64,000 bases of DNA from Candidatus Ozemobacteraceae bacterium (GTDB lineage Bacteria > Muiribacteriota > Ozemobacteria > Ozemobacterales > Ozemobacteraceae): assembly GCA_965140445.1 (NCBI GenBank), contig OZ223236.1:224001-288000 (forward strand), written 5' to 3'. This document shows, one piece after another, positions 10,809 through 20,792 of this stretch (within the stretch, counting starts at the first letter, position 1; each line of letters opens with the position of its first letter). The notes under the pieces are model-generated. The model was not told the origin of the DNA. It saw only the letters and a program-made list of their open reading frames with translations, and made no database searches. The position numbers and the translations under genes were made by a program.

Positions 10809-11645
10809 CTATGCTGCAGATTTATTCATATCGTGAATATGAACATCTCTTTGAGGAAATGGAATCGAAATTCCTTTTTCATCAAAAGTAAGTTTTACTT
10901 TTTCAATTGTATCAAAATAGAATGTCCAATAGTCAGCACTATTAACCCATGCCCTGACAGTAAAATTCACACTAGAATCTGCCAATTCTGACACTGCGAC
11001 CATATGAGCGGGTTCTTTAAGCACTCTTGCATCAGAAGTAACAATATCTAACAAAGTTTGCTTAACCAATTTGAGATCGTCGCTGTAACCAACTCCAAAT
11101 ACAAAATCAACTCTCCTTGTTTCCATAGTGGAGAAATTCGTAATGCAATCTCCGGCTAATTTAGAATTTGGAATAATGATTACTTTATTGTCAGCGGTCG
11201 TCATTATTGTATTAAATATGCCTATTTCTTTTATTACCCCAGACTGGCCGGCTCCGCTAATAAAGTCTCCAACCTTAAACGGTCTGAGGATAATGAGAAG
11301 AACTCCAGATCCAAGATTTGAAAGCGAGCCTTGCAAAGCAAGTCCAACCGCGAGACCGGCTGAACCCAATATAGCAATAAATGAAGTTGTTTTTACCCCA
11401 AGGTTGCCCAATACCATTAACCAGATAACAATCTGTAAAACGGATTTTACAACTCCACTTAAAAAACCAACTACAGTTGAATCAACTTTTGATTTCTCAA
11501 GAATTTTCTTAAACATTCCAGTCAGGGCATTAACAACAAACATACCCAAAACAAGAATTGCAATAGCGCCAACAAGCTTTACTCCCCAATCGAGAGCCAT
11601 TCCATAGGCCATATTACCCAAGGCTTGCCAGTCAATATTTTTCAT
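10809..11645 (-). CDS. mscS: Small-conductance mechanosensitive channel
   Basis: GLAVGLALQGSLSN, RPFKVGD, IIPNS and ISIPFPQRDVH. Confidence 0.95.
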   Translation of the reverse strand: MKNIDWQALGNMAYGMALDWGVKLVGAIAILVLGMFVVNALTGMFKKILEKSKVDSTVVGFLSGVVKSVLQIVIWLMVLGNLGVKTTSFIAILGSAGLAVGLALQGSLSNLGSGVLLIILRPFKVGDFISGAGQSGVIKEIGIFNTIMTTADNKVIIIPNSKLAGDCITNFSTMETRRVDFVFGVGYSDDLKLVKQTLLDIVTSDARVLKEPAHMVAVSELADSSVNFTVRAWVNSADYWTFYFDTIEKVKLTFDEKGISIPFPQRDVHIHDMNKSAA

Positions 11646-11727
11646 TATTTTTCTCCGAAATTAAATTTTCCCAAATCTACCTTTTTACAATCGCACGGTC
11701 AATGCACAAAGCAAATTAGCCCATAAG

Positions 11728-11756
11728 TTGTTAGAGAATTTTAATTCTGTTATACT
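11728..11756 (+). promoter_or_regulatory. Sigma70-type promoter
   Basis: TTGTTA-N17-TATACT with a TG extension, upstream of 11787. Confidence 0.5.
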
Positions 11757-11786
11757 CGCCAGAATTCAACAAAGCAGAAGACACAT

Positions 11787-14102
11787 ATGACAAGCACTTT
11801 GCCTAAAGAAGGATTATCAAATCAAATCTTAAAAACAATTCTCCCTGGATTAGCATTTTTCTTATCCGGGTTTGCCGGTCTGGCTTACCAGGTTATCTGG
11901 ATCAGAGCATTTTGTGACATAGTCGGCTCTACATCTCAAGCAACAGCCTGTATATTCAGTGCTTATCTTCTTTCTCTTTCCCTGGGTGGGTATTTGATTA
12001 GTTTTTTCAAAGTCTCATCTAAAAAATCTTTATATTTGTATGCGATACTCGAAACCTTTATAGGAATTTTTGCATTTTTAATTACGCCATGGTTGATGAC
12101 TGATGTTTCTGAAATAACCCAATTTATTGCTCAGACACGGCACATGGGATTAGCCGCAACAATTGCAGCAGACTTTGGAGTTACTTTTATTTTCATTTGT
12201 CTTCCAGTAATGGCCATGGGCGCGACTCTCCCATTAATGGCAAATGGAATCCCAGAAAAAGCCGGAGATCGTGACTACACGTTACTTCTCTACGGAATAA
12301 ATACCATCGGAGCCGCTATAGGAGCTGCATCAACTGGATTTATTCTGGTCAAATCCTTTGGCTTTACTAATACTCTCGCTTTTTCCATGTTTCTGAATTT
12401 TTTAGCAGCAGGAATTGCCGTATTCCTTTCTTCAAGAAAGAATTTAGGTTTAAAAATTGAAGCCGACGATCAAATCGTTGAAAAACAAACACTCTCGACA
12501 CAAAGTGAGCAGATAAATATTTCCGACCTTCCATCATGGCTTGTAAACCTACTGGCTTTCAGTAGTGGTTTTATAGTTCTTGCAATAGAAATTTACTGGG
12601 AAAGAGCCGCCAAATTTTTCGTTGGAAACAGAATTCAAGCTTCCTCGCTGCTACTTTTTTCGGTTTTGATTGGTCTTGGGGTGGGTTCTATTGTTGTAAA
12701 AACCAGACCAGAAAAATTTCCCGCCATAAATTCAAACAAAAAAATGGCTCATGTTTTCTGGCTAAATTCACTCATCCAACCAGTTCTGTTTGCCATTATT
12801 CTTACTCTGATAAAATTAAATTTATCGGAGCAACTTCCATATTTACTATTGCTTCCAATTGGTCTTGCAACAATGGTTTTAAGCCTTGTTCTTCTTGGAA
12901 CAATCTTCCCTTATCTTTTAATTTCACTCAAAGGTTTAAAAGAAAATACAATAAACAGCATAGGAAAAGCCCTCTTCTTCAACACCGCCGGATGCGCTTC
13001 AGGCAGTCTATTTGCAGGGTTTATTGGTGCCAGATATCTTGGAACCCCATTAAGCATTTTATTGCTTTCAGCTTCTTTGCTTGTCTTAAGTTTGAAGCTT
13101 TCTCATAAAGATTTTTTCTCAAATAAACAAAAACTAGCTTCAAGCATTGCTGTATTTGTGGTTTTTGCTCTCCTGTCTTCGAGTCTATCTCCGTTTGTTT
13201 TCCCTGCAGACGCAAAAGTCCTTTTTAAAAGTGAAGATGAATATGGATTTCATAGCATTTTCATGAGTAAAGGGCAGATGTATGCCAGAACCAATAAATC
13301 CTACCTTGTGGCACCAGCCGGAACAAAAAAGACAGCCTGGGCGCAACAAGCAGCAGCTCACTTTCCCATGTTTTTTTCAGAGAAAGCAAAAGACATACTG
13401 GTAATCGGTAATGGATATGGAATTACCGCAGGAACTTTCCGGCTTTATTCAGAACCAGAAAAAATTGAGACCGTTGAAATAATGCCTTACATGGTCACTG
13501 AACTAGAAAAATTCGGGCCATACAATTTTGCATATTGGCAGGACAAAAGGTTCGAAACATTGTTAACAGACGGAAAGTCTTTTGTGGAGCTAGCATCAAG
13601 AACATGGGACATTATCAATTTAAACATTTCAGACCCAACACTTGAAGGAAGCGCGCAATTCTATACAATCAGCGCTTTAAAAATGCTCAAAAGCAAAATT
13701 AATAAAGGCGGAATGCTAACTGTTCTGGTTTGGGGAAACGCAATCAACAACATTTTAAAAACTCTGCATCAAGTTTTTCCCGGATTGATTCTTTTCCCCG
13801 CCTACTCTGGAAGTTATATAGCTCTTTGCCCTGTTGATTCAGACATAGACTGGCAAAACAGCATTCATTCAGATAGATTAACCCCAGAAGCGCTTAATGT
13901 ATTCAAAGATTTTGGAATTTCAAACCTGCCTCAATATATCTCTGACAGCGCAAAAGTCGCAATTCACTATTCGTCAGAGCTTAAAAGGGATGCACTTAAA
14001 CCCGAAGTGAAAATCCACACCATTGACAGGCCTGTAATAGAGTATGTTGTGGGAGGCGGAGAATTAATATTCACTTTTAATTCAACGATGATAAAACAAT
14101 GA
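11787..14102 (+). CDS. Fused multi-TM / spermidine-synthase-like SAM-binding protein
   Basis: FFLSGFAGLAYQVIW and YGINTIGAAIGA in the TM region; C-terminal Rossmann motifs VIGNGYG, VEI and DG. Confidence 0.85.
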   Translation: MTSTLPKEGLSNQILKTILPGLAFFLSGFAGLAYQVIWIRAFCDIVGSTSQATACIFSAYLLSLSLGGYLISFFKVSSKKSLYLYAILETFIGIFAFLITPWLMTDVSEITQFIAQTRHMGLAATIAADFGVTFIFICLPVMAMGATLPLMANGIPEKAGDRDYTLLLYGINTIGAAIGAASTGFILVKSFGFTNTLAFSMFLNFLAAGIAVFLSSRKNLGLKIEADDQIVEKQTLSTQSEQINISDLPSWLVNLLAFSSGFIVLAIEIYWERAAKFFVGNRIQASSLLLFSVLIGLGVGSIVVKTRPEKFPAINSNKKMAHVFWLNSLIQPVLFAIILTLIKLNLSEQLPYLLLLPIGLATMVLSLVLLGTIFPYLLISLKGLKENTINSIGKALFFNTAGCASGSLFAGFIGARYLGTPLSILLLSASLLVLSLKLSHKDFFSNKQKLASSIAVFVVFALLSSSLSPFVFPADAKVLFKSEDEYGFHSIFMSKGQMYARTNKSYLVAPAGTKKTAWAQQAAAHFPMFFSEKAKDILVIGNGYGITAGTFRLYSEPEKIETVEIMPYMVTELEKFGPYNFAYWQDKRFETLLTDGKSFVELASRTWDIINLNISDPTLEGSAQFYTISALKMLKSKINKGGMLTVLVWGNAINNILKTLHQVFPGLILFPAYSGSYIALCPVDSDIDWQNSIHSDRLTPEALNVFKDFGISNLPQYISDSAKVAIHYSSELKRDALKPEVKIHTIDRPVIEYVVGGGELIFTFNSTMIKQ

Positions 14103-16717
14103 CAAAAACAATAAAAACAGATACTTCTCGAATAAAACTTCTTTCGCTTATCACCCTCCTTTCTGGAATGAGCGGAATCACCTATGAAGTTTTATATTTA
14201 AGAATGCTTGAACTACACTTTGGCAATATTTTCAGCATCACCGCCTCAATATTGAGTACATTTCTCCTCGGAATTGCCATTGGCTCTGTTTGCGCATTCA
14301 AACTTCACAAGTATCTTCCATTTTTCCAAATGGGAATCGGGGTTTATGCAATTTCATTTTTGCCAGGCCTGGAATTTATTTCAAATTCCTCCGCTGCTGA
14401 TTTTCTTATAAACCATGACATAGCATCAATTGTGTTTTTATTGGCAATACCAACCTTTCTGATTGGAACCAGCGTTCCATTGTTTTCCGGGTATCTTAAA
14501 CAGCTGGCAGGGGAAAGCCATTCCTTTTTAAAGGTTTATTCTGTATATAATTTTGGCTCTTTTTTGAGCATTCTTGCAGTTGAGTTTCTTTTGTTAAGAA
14601 GCATGGAAATTTCAAAAAGTGTGAGTTTGATCGGTGGGATAAATATCCTTTGCGGAGTTCTTCTACTGGCAAAGTTTTCTGATATAGCAAAATCCCCGCT
14701 TGAAACAAGCAATGATTCAAACAATAAACTTTTAGCGACAAAATCAAATATTTTACTTTTTGCTTCAAGTATTCTCAGCTCAACATTTCAAATGTTTTTC
14801 GCATCAACCTGCTTCCTGGTTTTCACACCGAACCATGAAAATTTCTCACTAAGCATAGCAATTTCACTTTTCGGGGTCGCAATTAGCCCATTTTTAGTAA
14901 AACGCTTTGATTTAAAATTTTTCCAGGTTTTATTGCTTATTCCAGTATCTCTTATTGTTGTTTTTCTGGCTTTCCCAGTTGTTCTTGCAAATATAGACAC
15001 TGTAATAATGGATTTTGGAATTGATAACTTTCTCTCCTCCTTTATCTTTGCGTCCATAATCGGGTTACTTCCTTTGTTATTTTATTCTGCAACGGTTCCA
15101 AGTCTAATGCGATCTGAAAACCTTGTAGAAAAAGAATCGGGAAACCTTCTATTCTGGTGTTGTCTCGGAAATACCGCTGGATACTTAGTTTACGCTTTAT
15201 TTATCCATGAGTCCGTTTCAGCAACCATATATTTAAGTATTTTAGGAATTTTAAGCATTCTTATTTCTGTCATCAGCGCGCCCGAAAAAATTCTTGGAGG
15301 ATGGAAGTACCTGGCTATTGCGGAAATTTTTCTTTTGTTGTTGATTCCTCTTTCATGGAATCAGAATCGTTTGTATGGTGCGCCTATTTTCAGATACTTA
15401 GACCCTTCCGGACAAGGCAAGTTCACCACCTACAAACATGGAACCGATTCGGTAACTGTTTTTCAAAATGATAAGCAGCAAAATCTTGCATACAACGGCC
15501 TTTTAAGCATTGTTTTTAAGGACGAAACAGGTCACATAAATGAATCCGAAACCATGCTTGGAGTAATTAGCAGCTGCTTCGCACGAAAAAAAGAGCAATT
15601 ATTGGTAACCGGCATAGGAACTGGAGTAACTTGCGGTGCGTTTGCCAGAATCTTTGCAAATTCAGAATTTGTTGAAATAAATCGTGCTTTTGCTCAATTT
15701 TACAAAAATTTCCCAGAAATTCATCGCAACACTTTTGATCGGGACAATGTAAAAGTCATATATGCAGATGGCAGAACCTACACCCAACGTAGCCGGAAAA
15801 AGTATGACATGGTCATGAATAATGTTTCTCAACCTGTGTTTTTCGGCGCATGCAAGCTTTTTACAACAGAGTTTATCGGAATTGCCAAAAAGAAATTAAC
15901 AGACAATGGAGTTTTTGTTACCTGGATTTCTTCTGGAATGGGCTCAGAGGGCATGAAATCAATTGTAAAATCAATTCATGAGAATTTTAAGTTTTGCGCC
16001 ATGGCTCATTATACTGGCGATTCTTACATTCTTGCGGCTTCAGATGCCCCCTTGGAATTCAATATCCCAGATTCTTTATTAAAAGATCAAGAACTCAAAA
16101 ATGACATATTGAGATGGGCATATCCCTTTTCTGTGGAAGAATTTCTGAAACTAAAACTCCTTTCTGCAAACATCTTTAATTCCGAGTCGGAAAACCTTAT
16201 CTCTAGCTGGCAACCCAACACCGATCAGTGGCCAATATTGGAGTTCGCCGCAAAAGACCAGGAGGATATATTTCTTCATAATATCAAGAAGTTTAAATAT
16301 TCTTTCATGGGCAACCCAATTACTAAAAAACCAGTTACGGAAAATGAGTTTAAATGCAGATTGTTAGACTACTCTCGCCACTTCCCAAATGGCTTTACCT
16401 ATCTATTTATTCAAGCAAATGCAACATTTCCGGATTACCTGAAAAATTTGCCTAACTGGATGGCAACTCAAATCGAAAAAAGAAAGCTTGAAGCAACAGA
16501 CCTTCTTATGTCTCTCGGAACACTATTTAAAATTGTCAAAAACAAAGAGCTTGAATATAAAACGATGGTTGAGCTCTGCACCTTAAAGCCTTACTATTTT
16601 GAAAGTCATAATGCTGCATATAAACTTGCACAAGAGCTTGGGCTGGAGTCATCTGCGGCAGTCTGGAAGTACAAAGCGTTTTTAATCTGGCCATTCTGGG
16701 AAGACGAATCCCACTAA
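14099..16717 (+). CDS. Fused multi-TM / spermidine-synthase-like SAM-binding protein (second copy)
   Basis: LSGMSGITYEVL in the TM region; GIGTGVT, VEIN and DGR. ATGA overlap with the upstream gene. Confidence 0.85.
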   Translation: MTKTIKTDTSRIKLLSLITLLSGMSGITYEVLYLRMLELHFGNIFSITASILSTFLLGIAIGSVCAFKLHKYLPFFQMGIGVYAISFLPGLEFISNSSAADFLINHDIASIVFLLAIPTFLIGTSVPLFSGYLKQLAGESHSFLKVYSVYNFGSFLSILAVEFLLLRSMEISKSVSLIGGINILCGVLLLAKFSDIAKSPLETSNDSNNKLLATKSNILLFASSILSSTFQMFFASTCFLVFTPNHENFSLSIAISLFGVAISPFLVKRFDLKFFQVLLLIPVSLIVVFLAFPVVLANIDTVIMDFGIDNFLSSFIFASIIGLLPLLFYSATVPSLMRSENLVEKESGNLLFWCCLGNTAGYLVYALFIHESVSATIYLSILGILSILISVISAPEKILGGWKYLAIAEIFLLLLIPLSWNQNRLYGAPIFRYLDPSGQGKFTTYKHGTDSVTVFQNDKQQNLAYNGLLSIVFKDETGHINESETMLGVISSCFARKKEQLLVTGIGTGVTCGAFARIFANSEFVEINRAFAQFYKNFPEIHRNTFDRDNVKVIYADGRTYTQRSRKKYDMVMNNVSQPVFFGACKLFTTEFIGIAKKKLTDNGVFVTWISSGMGSEGMKSIVKSIHENFKFCAMAHYTGDSYILAASDAPLEFNIPDSLLKDQELKNDILRWAYPFSVEEFLKLKLLSANIFNSESENLISSWQPNTDQWPILEFAAKDQEDIFLHNIKKFKYSFMGNPITKKPVTENEFKCRLLDYSRHFPNGFTYLFIQANATFPDYLKNLPNWMATQIEKRKLEATDLLMSLGTLFKIVKNKELEYKTMVELCTLKPYYFESHNAAYKLAQELGLESSAAVWKYKAFLIWPFWEDESH

Positions 16718-17367
16718 GAAGGCTTTTGATCCAGTATTTTTATAACAAGAGGCTCAGAAATCACGGTTCCGTTGTCTCCAACTTTTCCAACTGCAATTTT
16801 CTGCGGCAAGAATTCCACATTACCAATACTGCCTGCTATCGTTTCTTCGAGCTCCATCCGAACTTTTTCATGCTCAAAATTTTCGGTGTTAATTTTTCCA
16901 AGAGTTAGATGTGGAGAATAAAGATCAAACAACCAGGGAAAACCATATTCATTAATGTTGGCAGTTTCTTTGATATCGTAATTATCAATACATTTAAGGT
17001 ATTTATCTCTAATCAATCCTTCTCTGAGAGGATTCAGGCACTTAATGACTAACGAATGTATATCCAATAATCCATCTGAGAGTTCTAAATCCCAAAACAC
17101 ATAGCCATCAGTTGTTATTCTGATCTTTGAAAAAGCCAGCTTTTTCAACTCACTTAATTTTAAAGAATTTGAAACCTGATTTACAATTTCATTTTTGTTA
17201 TGAGACGGGAAAAACCCCATATACAGAGTTACGTGGGGTCTCGCTTTTTCAGAGAAATCAATACTTGAGGAAAACTTCTTTACCAAAATCTGATTTAAGT
17301 TTTGGGCAAAAGAGATAATTTCCTCTGGTAAATCCAGGTAACAATCCAGATACAAAATCTCAGTCAC
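16714..17367 (-). CDS. 2H phosphoesterase (2'-5' RNA ligase-like / DUF1045-like)
   Basis: Two HxT motifs, PHVTLY and PHLTLG. Confidence 0.8.
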   Translation of the reverse strand: MTEILYLDCYLDLPEEIISFAQNLNQILVKKFSSSIDFSEKARPHVTLYMGFFPSHNKNEIVNQVSNSLKLSELKKLAFSKIRITTDGYVFWDLELSDGLLDIHSLVIKCLNPLREGLIRDKYLKCIDNYDIKETANINEYGFPWLFDLYSPHLTLGKINTENFEHEKVRMELEETIAGSIGNVEFLPQKIAVGKVGDNGTVISEPLVIKILDQKPS

Positions 17368-18176
17368 TATCTAATTCCACCCGTTACCCAAAGACTATAT
17401 GCATCCATTGCATGTAATAACGGAGCTACGCCAAAATAAAAAACAAACAGGAAACCAATGCAAAGATATGGTCCAAATGGAATCATATGGCTCAAAGGCT
17501 TGTATTTTTTCCCATATCGAAGACGCTGATAGAGAATTCCGGAAACACCGCCAATTACCCCCAGGAAACTTGCAATAACAAGAGTTCCAATTACGCTTTG
17601 CCAACCTGTCCAAGCTCCAAAGGCCGCTAATAATTTAACATCACCGCCACCCATTCCTTCTTTCTTTAAGATAACAAGTGCGAGCCAACCAAGCCCCCAT
17701 AAGAATCCGCCGCCAACCAGGAAACCTATGAGACTATCTTTAAATTCAACACTAAAAGAGACGGGAGCATTGCCTGATTTAACCCAGGCCCAGCACAAAC
17801 CGGAGTAGAGTAAACCAGTCCAGCAGCCATTAATCGACAGGGTGTCAGGAATAATCAGATAACGAATATCTACAATCGTAATAATCATGCAACTAACAGC
17901 GAACAGCCAGGAAAGAGCGGCCTTCATTGAAAATCCCCAGGCTGCAACAGATAAACCCGCAACGATAACCGAAACAAGAATATAAACACGATCCTGAGTT
18001 CTTCCCGCGTTGTAACACCCGCGACGCTTTCCGCCTTCGCAGTCGGGACAATCTTTGTAGTCACAATGAAATTTTTCATGCCCTGGCCAGGCTCTAATTG
18101 CCCAACCAATATGACGACCAAGAAAAGCTCCTATAACAGCTCCAATAAGTCCCAATTGCCAGCTTAATCCTTCCAA
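17367..18176 (-). CDS. pilD: Prepilin peptidase (A24 family)
   Basis: Catalytic Asp motifs DIRYLIIPD and GMGGGDVKL, IPFGPYL, and a Cys cluster near the N-terminus. TTG start. Confidence 0.85.
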   Translation of the reverse strand: MEGLSWQLGLIGAVIGAFLGRHIGWAIRAWPGHEKFHCDYKDCPDCEGGKRRGCYNAGRTQDRVYILVSVIVAGLSVAAWGFSMKAALSWLFAVSCMIITIVDIRYLIIPDTLSINGCWTGLLYSGLCWAWVKSGNAPVSFSVEFKDSLIGFLVGGGFLWGLGWLALVILKKEGMGGGDVKLLAAFGAWTGWQSVIGTLVIASFLGVIGGVSGILYQRLRYGKKYKPLSHMIPFGPYLCIGFLFVFYFGVAPLLHAMDAYSLWVTGGIR

Positions 18177-19100
18177 TTATTTTTCCTCCGCCGGAATCCA
18201 TCCGTTCTTCTTAAAAATTCTTCCAAGCATTTTAAAAACAAGTTTTGCAGAGAAAAAATCAGAGGCAATATTTCCTGGGATTGGACAAAGCTCGACGACG
18301 TCAAATCCGACCACATTTTTTTCTTCAATTACCCGAGAAAGTAGCTCTAGAGTTGGATACCAAAGCATTCCACCAGGTTCTGGAGTTCCAACCGCTGGCA
18401 TTATAGAAGGATCAAATGCATCCAGATCAATAGTTATATAAACGTTGTCAGATAGGCGTTTTAAAACCTTATCTATCCATGAATTATCCTGGCTCTTACA
18501 AATATCATGAGCCCAGAAAATCCCATCGTGGCCACTTTCTTTTATAAATTTCATTTCATCAGCACAGGTGTTGCGGATTCCAACCTGCGTTATAGATGCT
18601 AGATCAATAACTCTTCTCATAACTGATGCGTGATTAAAAGGGGTGTTTTCGTAAGAATCTCTCAAGTCTGAATGAGCATCGAGCTGGAGAACAGAAAGAG
18701 AATCGCCATATTTTTCCTTAACAGCTTTTACTGGAGCGGTAGTAATACTGTGCTCGCCACCGAGGATTACCGGAAGCTTGCCGTCAGCGACAACCTCTCT
18801 TACAGCATTTTCTATATTGGCAAGAGTTTCGCCAGGCCCACGCATGTCTGGCTCCAGCTCTGGAAATGTATGAATACCACTCAAAAGGGGCTCGCACATT
18901 AAATCCAGGTCAAACAACTCAACCTGCCTTGAAGCCATAAGAATCGCCATTGGGCCTTCTCTGGTTCCGGCGCGATAAGAAGTTGTACTGTCATAAGGCA
19001 CTGGAATGATTACTGCTTTAGCATCTTCATAACCAGCATCCTCTTCAGCCAGACCAAGAAAATTGTAGCCACCTCTAAAATGTATTGATTCAAGGCTCAT
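18177..19100 (-). CDS. speB: Agmatinase
   Basis: Ureohydrolase motifs GGEHS, DAHSD and TIDLDAFDP..PAVGTPEPGG. Confidence 0.92.
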   Translation of the reverse strand: MSLESIHFRGGYNFLGLAEEDAGYEDAKAVIIPVPYDSTTSYRAGTREGPMAILMASRQVELFDLDLMCEPLLSGIHTFPELEPDMRGPGETLANIENAVREVVADGKLPVILGGEHSITTAPVKAVKEKYGDSLSVLQLDAHSDLRDSYENTPFNHASVMRRVIDLASITQVGIRNTCADEMKFIKESGHDGIFWAHDICKSQDNSWIDKVLKRLSDNVYITIDLDAFDPSIMPAVGTPEPGGMLWYPTLELLSRVIEEKNVVGFDVVELCPIPGNIASDFFSAKLVFKMLGRIFKKNGWIPAEEK

Positions 19101-19238
19101 TATTATTCTCCGCTAATGTTAGTGTGATTTTACAAGAAGAATAATAGCACAAACCCACAAGGATTTCAGTTTCAGGAAGTTCTGGCAAAAAGCATTTATT
19201 TTGATTACATTCTGGAAAAGAATATTTGGAGCGGCAGA

Positions 19239-20042
19239 ATGAAAGTAGTTAAATTAAGCGCACAAACTCAATTGGCTCTGGACAATCTGGAGGCAAACTT
19301 AAAGAAACTCGGAAAAGTTGCCATAGCTTACTCCGGAGGTATGGACAGCAGTTTCTTAGCAATAGTAGCGAAAAATGTATTAGACAAGAATTCTATTTGT
19401 CTCTTCGTAAAGTCTGAATTTATATCTGATCGGGAATCAAAAATAGCCTTAAAAACTGTTGAAGAGCAAAAACTATATTTACACATTGTTACTGCAAGTG
19501 TTTTAAACTTTGAAAAAATCACATGCAACCATTCTCAGCGCTGCTATCATTGTAAAAAAGCAATTTTTGAGCTGCTTCTTTCTCAGAAACCAGACGGCTT
19601 TATCCTTTGTGAAGGTTCTGTTACAGACGATTCGAGCGATTACCGACCCGGAAAAAAAGCTCTTGAGGAACTTGAGATTCTTAGCCCATTAGTTGAAGCA
19701 GGATTCAGCAAAGAAATGATTACAGAAGTTCTTGATTACTGGGAAATTAAAGCCGTTGCAAGGCCAGCGCAGAGTTGCCTTGCCACAAGAATAGCAACCA
19801 ACACAGAGATTTCATCCAAAAGCCTTCAGCAGGTAGAAAAAGGTGAATCAATACTGCGTGATGCGGGGATAGAAAACCTTAGACTAAGACACCATGGCGA
19901 AATAGCGCGTATAGAAGTAGATTCTATGGATATGTCTAGTGCTTTATCAATAATCGAGGCAAACTCTAAGAAACTTAAGGCACTTGGGTTTAAGTATATA
20001 ACTCTTGATGTGGATGGGTACAAAAGAGGATCTATGAATTAG
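19239..20042 (+). CDS. larE: LarE family ATP-dependent sulfur transferase
   Basis: PP-loop AYSGGMDS, RCYHCK, DYRPG, SCLATRI, RLRHHG..ARIEV and GYKRGSMN. Confidence 0.9.
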   Translation: MKVVKLSAQTQLALDNLEANLKKLGKVAIAYSGGMDSSFLAIVAKNVLDKNSICLFVKSEFISDRESKIALKTVEEQKLYLHIVTASVLNFEKITCNHSQRCYHCKKAIFELLLSQKPDGFILCEGSVTDDSSDYRPGKKALEELEILSPLVEAGFSKEMITEVLDYWEIKAVARPAQSCLATRIATNTEISSKSLQQVEKGESILRDAGIENLRLRHHGEIARIEVDSMDMSSALSIIEANSKKLKALGFKYITLDVDGYKRGSMN

Positions 20043-20076
20043 AGATTTTCATTTTCAATTGATTTCTTTAATTATT

Positions 20077-20105
20077 CTGACAAAAATAAAAAATTGTATT
20101 ATAAT
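20077..20105 (+). promoter_or_regulatory. Sigma70-type promoter
   Basis: CTGACA-N17-TATAAT. Confidence 0.5.
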
Positions 20106-20114
20106 TAGGGTGTA

Positions 20115-20576
20115 ATGCGCTATATAAAAAGCTGTTATCGGAGTATTGTAAGTTTGATAAGCTATAAAATTTTTCCAGACTACAAACTAATTTTACTTTC
20201 TTACGAAGGTAAAGTTTCCTTTAGCGAATACAAAATTGCCATTAACGATCTTAGAGAAGATAAAAATTTTTCAATTGATTACGATGTTTTAACAGACATG
20301 ACGAATATCACCGAATCATTTTCGTTAGAAGATGTAAATACTTTTGCCAAATTTTCATCAACATTGTCCAAGCGTGATCAAAAAAGACTGAATGCGATTG
20401 TCACAATTAACGACCTGGATTTTGCTTTAAGTCGAATGTATGAAATGCTTTCTGAGCATAAAAACCCTTTCGAGATAAAAGTATTCAGGAATTTTGAAGA
20501 CGCATTAAAGTGGCTCAAAAATGATATTCCTGTTGAGCTGCTAACTATCCAAAAATCTGAATCAATTAAAATTTAA
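20115..20576 (+). CDS. SpoIIAA/STAS-like small hypothetical protein (true start may be TTG at 20154)
   Basis: Pattern LTDMT...AIV...FALSRMYE...VFR.FEDALKWL. GGAG precedes 20154. Confidence 0.65.
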   Translation: MRYIKSCYRSIVSLISYKIFPDYKLILLSYEGKVSFSEYKIAINDLREDKNFSIDYDVLTDMTNITESFSLEDVNTFAKFSSTLSKRDQKRLNAIVTINDLDFALSRMYEMLSEHKNPFEIKVFRNFEDALKWLKNDIPVELLTIQKSESIKI

Positions 20577-20733
20577 CTCCAAAAATGCGGAGTTGTATGT
20601 CCGCTCACAAAAAGCATCAAAGGCAAACGAGCCAGATTTTCAGTTAAATCATTTGTCTATCTAAAAACCTTCAATCAATTTTTCACGAACTTCCAGCTAA
20701 TCTCCTAATGTGCAACAACTCAATTTAGTCTGG

Positions 20734-20762
20734 TTGACGGCATTTTAAAAACTTGCTATTCT
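20734..20762 (+). promoter_or_regulatory. Sigma70-type promoter of the sel1-srf operon
   Basis: TTGACG-N17-TATTCT with TG extended -10. Confidence 0.6.
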
Positions 20763-20792
20763 TAGCCTATTCAGAGAGATACAGGGGAGAGA

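Noticed and set aside
20615..20700. AAAGGCAAAC resembling the start of a c-di-GMP-I riboswitch upstream of the srf operon
   Set aside because: The GAAA-capped P2 stem and the GACGCAAAGC segment are absent.
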